Shown here piece after piece: positions 59,962-64,000 of a stretch of DNA of 64,000 nucleotides (positions are counted from its first letter, which is position 1; every line of letters begins with the position of its first letter). The DNA is from an uncultured Chloroflexia bacterium (lineage in GTDB: Bacteria; Chloroflexota; Anaerolineae; JAAYZQ01). The notes below the pieces were generated by a model. The model had not been told where the DNA came from, did no database searches, and worked only from the letters and a program-made list of their open reading frames with translations. The position numbers and the translations under genes were made by a program. The DNA lies in contig CAVOXA010000014.1 in NCBI GenBank assembly GCA_963700285.1, positions 512,001 through 576,000 of the forward strand, read 5' to 3'.

Positions 59962-61859
59962 CCTTCAAGCGACTGCTGATGCTTTTCGCGGCCCTCATCG
60001 TCCTGATCGCGGCCGTGGTAGGCTGGACCAACTACCAGCGGATCCGCGCAGACTATGACACCTATCGCACGCTCATACAAACCGGGATCCGTATCGCCGA
60101 TGTTCCGGCGGGTGGCCTCACGCCAGAGGAAGCCCGAGCCCAGGTAGCAGCCCAAGTAGCAGCACCATACTACCGCGACTTTTCTCTTTCCTACCTAGAT
60201 GAGACGATGACCCTATCGCCAGGTAGCGACCTGAGTCTGGACATCCCGGTTGGCGAAATGGTGGATGAAGCTGTCACTGCCAGCCATAAATATGATTACT
60301 GGGAGGGGTTCAAACTTTGGGTTCAAGACGAGACGATCCCACTGGACTTGGACGTACCCTTGCGGATGGCATTTGACGAAGCAGCCGCTGCCCGTTACCT
60401 GGACGGGGTGGCCGGTAGACTGGACATTGCCGCCGTCGAACCGATGTTAGATGTACAAACCTCGACCTTCATACCCGGCCGGGAAGGCCGCCGCCTGGAA
60501 ATTGGTACTTCTGCGGCGAGGATCAACGAACGTGTGCCCAATCCCGAGCAGCGAGCAGTCACCTTGGATGTGAGCATCATTGAGCCGGACCAAAGCAGCG
60601 CGCGTATCGAGTCGATGCTGAGCACACTGGTCCCCGTGATGGAGCGCGCGCCAACGCCCCCCAGCTTTTACACCGCCACGATCCCCCTGAGTACCACCGG
60701 AGGGCTGGCTGCCACACCCATGGTCAGCTATACGGGCGATCTGACTTGGACCTACCCCCACTTTATCAGCTATACCGGGCACCTAAGCTCGACCTACGGT
60801 TACTTTTTTGAGCCCGGGGAAGCCGGATTCACATTCGAGGCAGACAAAGCGACCAGCCAGGTCAAGATGGCGCTGCAGGCGGGGGTACTGGAACCGATCA
60901 CTTTTGAACCCGACCTCGTACCACCGCCACCCATCACCACTGGACTCCTCATACCCCCCTTGGAGCAACGGTTGGCCCAGTTTCCGGGTGTCACCAGCAT
61001 TCTGGTCAAGGACCTCGACACCGGCAAGGTGGTCTACGAGTCCAACTCCGATTATGTCTTGTCGGGCATGAGCATTGTCAAGATTGGCATCATGGTGGAG
61101 GTCTACCGCCACTTTGGCGGCAGTGTTGACGAAGCGACTTACCTGGAATTGCTCAACATGCTGGGCAGCGAATCGTGCAACCCCTGTGCTAACAGGCTGC
61201 TGGCCGCTGTAGGTGGCGGCTCGGAGAATGCGGGTGCAGACAGAGTTACTGCATCCATGCGCCAGCTTGGGCTGGAGAGCTTTTACCTTTGCGCTCCCTT
61301 CCGGCTCGTCAAGCTAAGGGACAACGCGGGCCAACTCGTGTGGACGGCAACCACCGAGCCCTGGTTGGTACAGACAGAGATCCCAGGCTACGACCGCTGC
61401 GTTAGAACAACACCCCGAGAAATGGCAGCCCTGGTTGAAATGATCTACGAGTGCACAGAAGACCGGGGAAGACTGCGGGAAACCTGGCCCGAGATTGCAC
61501 CGCAGGCCTGCCAGCAGATGATCGACATCATGGCAGCCAATGACCTGCGTAATATGTTGGGTGCCGGCATCCCTGATGAGGTTACAATGGCCCACAAGCA
61601 TGGTTTCTCGGGCTATGACGTCCCCTGGGGCGATACACGGGGTGAGGTAGGCATCGTATTCTCGCCGGGGGCCGACTGGCTCATCAGTTTCTACATCTGG
61701 GAGGACACCCCCTGGATCAACTGGGGCATCAACCAGCCACTATACCGCGACGTGAGCAACATGATCTACAACTATTTTAATCCAGATGCCCCCTTCTGGC
61801 CTCTCCCCCCCTGGGTACAGCCGCCAGAGGAGGAACAAACGAGCGACAGCGACACATAG
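59958..61859 (+). CDS. Membrane-anchored class A beta-lactamase-like serine hydrolase with putative peptidoglycan-binding N-terminal region
   Basis: SIVK (SxxK), SCN, HKHG; N-terminal GIRIADVPAGGLT.EEA; ATGA overlap with the upstream gene. Confidence 0.8.
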   Translation: MTFKRLLMLFAALIVLIAAVVGWTNYQRIRADYDTYRTLIQTGIRIADVPAGGLTPEEARAQVAAQVAAPYYRDFSLSYLDETMTLSPGSDLSLDIPVGEMVDEAVTASHKYDYWEGFKLWVQDETIPLDLDVPLRMAFDEAAAARYLDGVAGRLDIAAVEPMLDVQTSTFIPGREGRRLEIGTSAARINERVPNPEQRAVTLDVSIIEPDQSSARIESMLSTLVPVMERAPTPPSFYTATIPLSTTGGLAATPMVSYTGDLTWTYPHFISYTGHLSSTYGYFFEPGEAGFTFEADKATSQVKMALQAGVLEPITFEPDLVPPPPITTGLLIPPLEQRLAQFPGVTSILVKDLDTGKVVYESNSDYVLSGMSIVKIGIMVEVYRHFGGSVDEATYLELLNMLGSESCNPCANRLLAAVGGGSENAGADRVTASMRQLGLESFYLCAPFRLVKLRDNAGQLVWTATTEPWLVQTEIPGYDRCVRTTPREMAALVEMIYECTEDRGRLRETWPEIAPQACQQMIDIMAANDLRNMLGAGIPDEVTMAHKHGFSGYDVPWGDTRGEVGIVFSPGADWLISFYIWEDTPWINWGINQPLYRDVSNMIYNYFNPDAPFWPLPPWVQPPEEEQTSDSDT

Positions 61860-61928
61860 CCTCTCTGTCATCCAGGCATGAGACTCTGGGAGGTGGCCGT
61901 CCGGACCTTTGGTTGGCGTCTTGGTCAT

Positions 61929-62387
61929 CTATTCCTTGAACAGGACCAGGATTTCGTCGCCTGCGACCACGGTTCCGCTCTCCAGCACGGCGCAAAAGAC
62001 CCCTTCCGTGGGCAACAGGGAATGTCCCTGGAAGCTGTAGGTATGCGCGATGCCGAGCGGCTTGCCTAGTTGCTCAACTTCCAACAGAATCTGCTCGCCA
62101 ATCCGGAGCCGATCCCCTATCTTGAGGCGGGATAGATCAAGCCCCTGGGAAGTCAGGTTCTCAGCAAAACTGCCTGGTAGGGCATCGAGTCCAAACTCTC
62201 GATTCAGCCGGGCAACGCTCTCCCAGGCCAGCAGGCTAATCTGCCATCGATTGGGCTGGCGTGGGCCGGCATGGCTGTCGCCCACCAGTCCCCAATCAGC
62301 ACGAAGCTCACCCTTGCCCACGTTCCTCTTGGGTTCGGGCCGCCGCTGGCTTGTGCAGACCGCCATCACCCAGGCACTCTCTGTCAT
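61929..62387 (-). CDS. MOSC-domain protein
   Basis: GLVGDSHAG, QISLL, GSFAENL, EGVF..VL..G...GD. Confidence 0.85.
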   Translation of the reverse strand: MTESAWVMAVCTSQRRPEPKRNVGKGELRADWGLVGDSHAGPRQPNRWQISLLAWESVARLNREFGLDALPGSFAENLTSQGLDLSRLKIGDRLRIGEQILLEVEQLGKPLGIAHTYSFQGHSLLPTEGVFCAVLESGTVVAGDEILVLFKE

Positions 62388-62412
62388 CTCTACCATTCCC
62401 ACTGGCCCTGAC

Positions 62413-62655
62413 TCACCGATCTTGACAGCAGGGGCCTCCATCCGAGCAAGGGGGTGAATCGCAGCGATCCTGCTGTCCGCAGCAGGTGTGCCCTGCGGGA
62501 CGACTGGCACGGCCAGTATGCACATTCGGCACGGAAAAGACCTTGTCGGTCAAGGGATTGCCGCAATCTGGACAAAGGGGCTGGGCAGCGCTTGAGCGCA
62601 CCAGAACCGCTACTTTGTCATCGCAAGCACCACAATGATACTCATAGATTGGCAT
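62413..62655 (-). CDS. FmdB-family zinc-ribbon protein
   Basis: MPIYEYHCGAC...CPDCG, Cys-rich tail; SD GGAGG. Confidence 0.88.
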   Translation of the reverse strand: MPIYEYHCGACDDKVAVLVRSSAAQPLCPDCGNPLTDKVFSVPNVHTGRASRPAGHTCCGQQDRCDSPPCSDGGPCCQDR

Positions 62656-62787
62656 AGGACCTCCTCTCGTCACTACGGCACGCGATGCTGCTACTATCAC
62701 AGGTTCGAGATTCAATTCGAAGCGTCAAGGTTGCCTGCAACGATCGTGCTCGGAGCAAGCTCTGCCTGCTGTGATCTTGCGCGGCGC

Positions 62788-63903
62788 TCAAGGGCGTAAA
62801 CAAAGTCCCTCGGGATCGTAGGGTGAGCGCTGGCCAACAGTGGCCGGGTGAGCCTTCCCACTTTGGTCATGGACCACAACCTCTGTGCCTGCCGCTGCCA
62901 GGGAGACAGGAAGGTAGGCCAAGGCCAGGGCCGTGCCCAGCGTATAACCGTACGCAGCGCTCGTCACCGCACCAACCTGCTCATCATTCTGCCGTATCCG
63001 ATCCCCACCAGCCGGTACGTAGCCATCTGCAACCGCCAATAGGACCAGCTTCTCTTTGAAGCCAGCCTGCTTGCGCCGTACGAGGGCATCCCGCCCGATA
63101 AAGTCGCCCTTGTCCAGTTTCACCGTCCAACCCAGCCCCAGCTCATAGGGCGTCCGCCCGCCAGCAAAATCGAAGCGCATAATATAGCCCTTTTCCATGC
63201 GCAGGCTGAAGGCGGCGATCATGCCGCAGGGGGCCAAGCCGTACTTTTCGCCAGCCTCCATCAAAGCCCCCCAAAAGTCATGGGCATGCTCGACCGGAAC
63301 CAGGATCTCGTACCCCAACTCACCCGTATAGCCGGTACGCGAGATGAGCGCTCGGATGCCGGCGACCTGGGCCGGCACAGCCCACATGTACTGCAGGCCA
63401 GCCAGGTCCGCGTCGCTCAACTCACCCAAAAGATCCCTGGAACTTGGCCCCTGAAGGGCAACCAAGCACACACCCGGAGATGCATCAAATACCCAGGCAT
63501 TCAGGCCTTTGCTGTATTCTCGCAACAGATCCAGTTCGGGCCGCTCGCCGGCTGCATTGCTACCCCAAGCCGTCATGAGCATGTAGCGCTGTTCCGCCAG
63601 GCGGTAGACGGTGATATCAGACATCATGCCACCGTCCTCGTTGAGGATGCTCGTGTACAGGACGCGGTTCACGGGCATCCTGGAGGCGTCGTTGACGATC
63701 AGCTTCTGAACAACGGCCAGGGCATCCGGCCCAACGATCTCAAACTCGCCAGTGGTGGACCAATCCAGCAAGCCGACCCGCTCGCGAACGGCCCGGTGTT
63801 CCTCCGCAGCTGAGGTAAACTCGTTGGGCACCTCCCAGCCTTGAATCCCAACGAGGGATGGTCCAAGTTGTGCGATCTCGCTGAAAAAAGGTGATCGTTT
63901 CAT
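62788..63903 (-). CDS. GcvT-family aminomethyltransferase
   Basis: EHRAVR, ALQGP.S, RTGYTGELGYE, LRMEKG, FIGRDAL. Confidence 0.9.
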   Translation of the reverse strand: MKRSPFFSEIAQLGPSLVGIQGWEVPNEFTSAAEEHRAVRERVGLLDWSTTGEFEIVGPDALAVVQKLIVNDASRMPVNRVLYTSILNEDGGMMSDITVYRLAEQRYMLMTAWGSNAAGERPELDLLREYSKGLNAWVFDASPGVCLVALQGPSSRDLLGELSDADLAGLQYMWAVPAQVAGIRALISRTGYTGELGYEILVPVEHAHDFWGALMEAGEKYGLAPCGMIAAFSLRMEKGYIMRFDFAGGRTPYELGLGWTVKLDKGDFIGRDALVRRKQAGFKEKLVLLAVADGYVPAGGDRIRQNDEQVGAVTSAAYGYTLGTALALAYLPVSLAAAGTEVVVHDQSGKAHPATVGQRSPYDPEGLCLRP

Positions 63904-64000
63904 GGCTGATTCTCCCGGCTTCTCCGCTTGTTTCCTTTTCCGTGACTAATTGGCGATTGATGCCCATCACGGTCCAATGGCGGACAGTGCAGATTATAGC

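Noticed and set aside
1-64000. CRISPR arrays, tRNA/rRNA, IS elements, prophage genes
   Set aside because: No spaced 25-45 bp repeats, cloverleaf signatures, or transposase, integrase or phage motifs recognised; small RNA genes could be missed without a covariance search.

Overview
A GC-rich (roughly 60% by eye), gene-dense bacterial window that looks like Chloroflexota (Anaerolineae-like). That assignment is inferred from the GT-C proteins with Ig-like tails, a C-terminal YLPLV motif and the serine-hydrolase type. It holds about 50 CDS and no rRNA, tRNA, CRISPR array, integrase or transposase that I can recognise. Main blocks: (1) a HAMP histidine kinase, a lipoprotein and a LolA-like lipoprotein/MacB-type ABC operon; (2) a tightly coupled GH3 acyl-amido synthetase, SAM methyltransferase, multi-TM histidine kinase and response regulator operon, my best candidate for an undescribed signal-synthesis/perception system (the GH3 has a +1 frameshift); (3) housekeeping-type genes (Ycf45-like AAA/R3H, SCP2, rdgB, bactofilin); (4) dual-specificity phosphatase, dinB and an orphan Eco57I-like DNA methyltransferase; (5) a signalling island with a stand-alone DHp paralogue, tandem 11-bp operator repeats and structured leaders; (6) menG and an envelope glycosylation cluster; (7) tyrA, HD, S2P, a Gre-like protein and a 3x cNMP membrane protein; (8) AlaX and a thioredoxin/CcdA protein; (9) a cNMP-acetate kinase-PduL triple fusion with an altered kinase active site; (10) a three-gene envelope peptidase operon headed by a RodZ-like HTH/M1 peptidase fusion; (11) MOSC, FmdB-type and GcvT-family genes. 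All calls come from reading motifs by eye; no database search was run.
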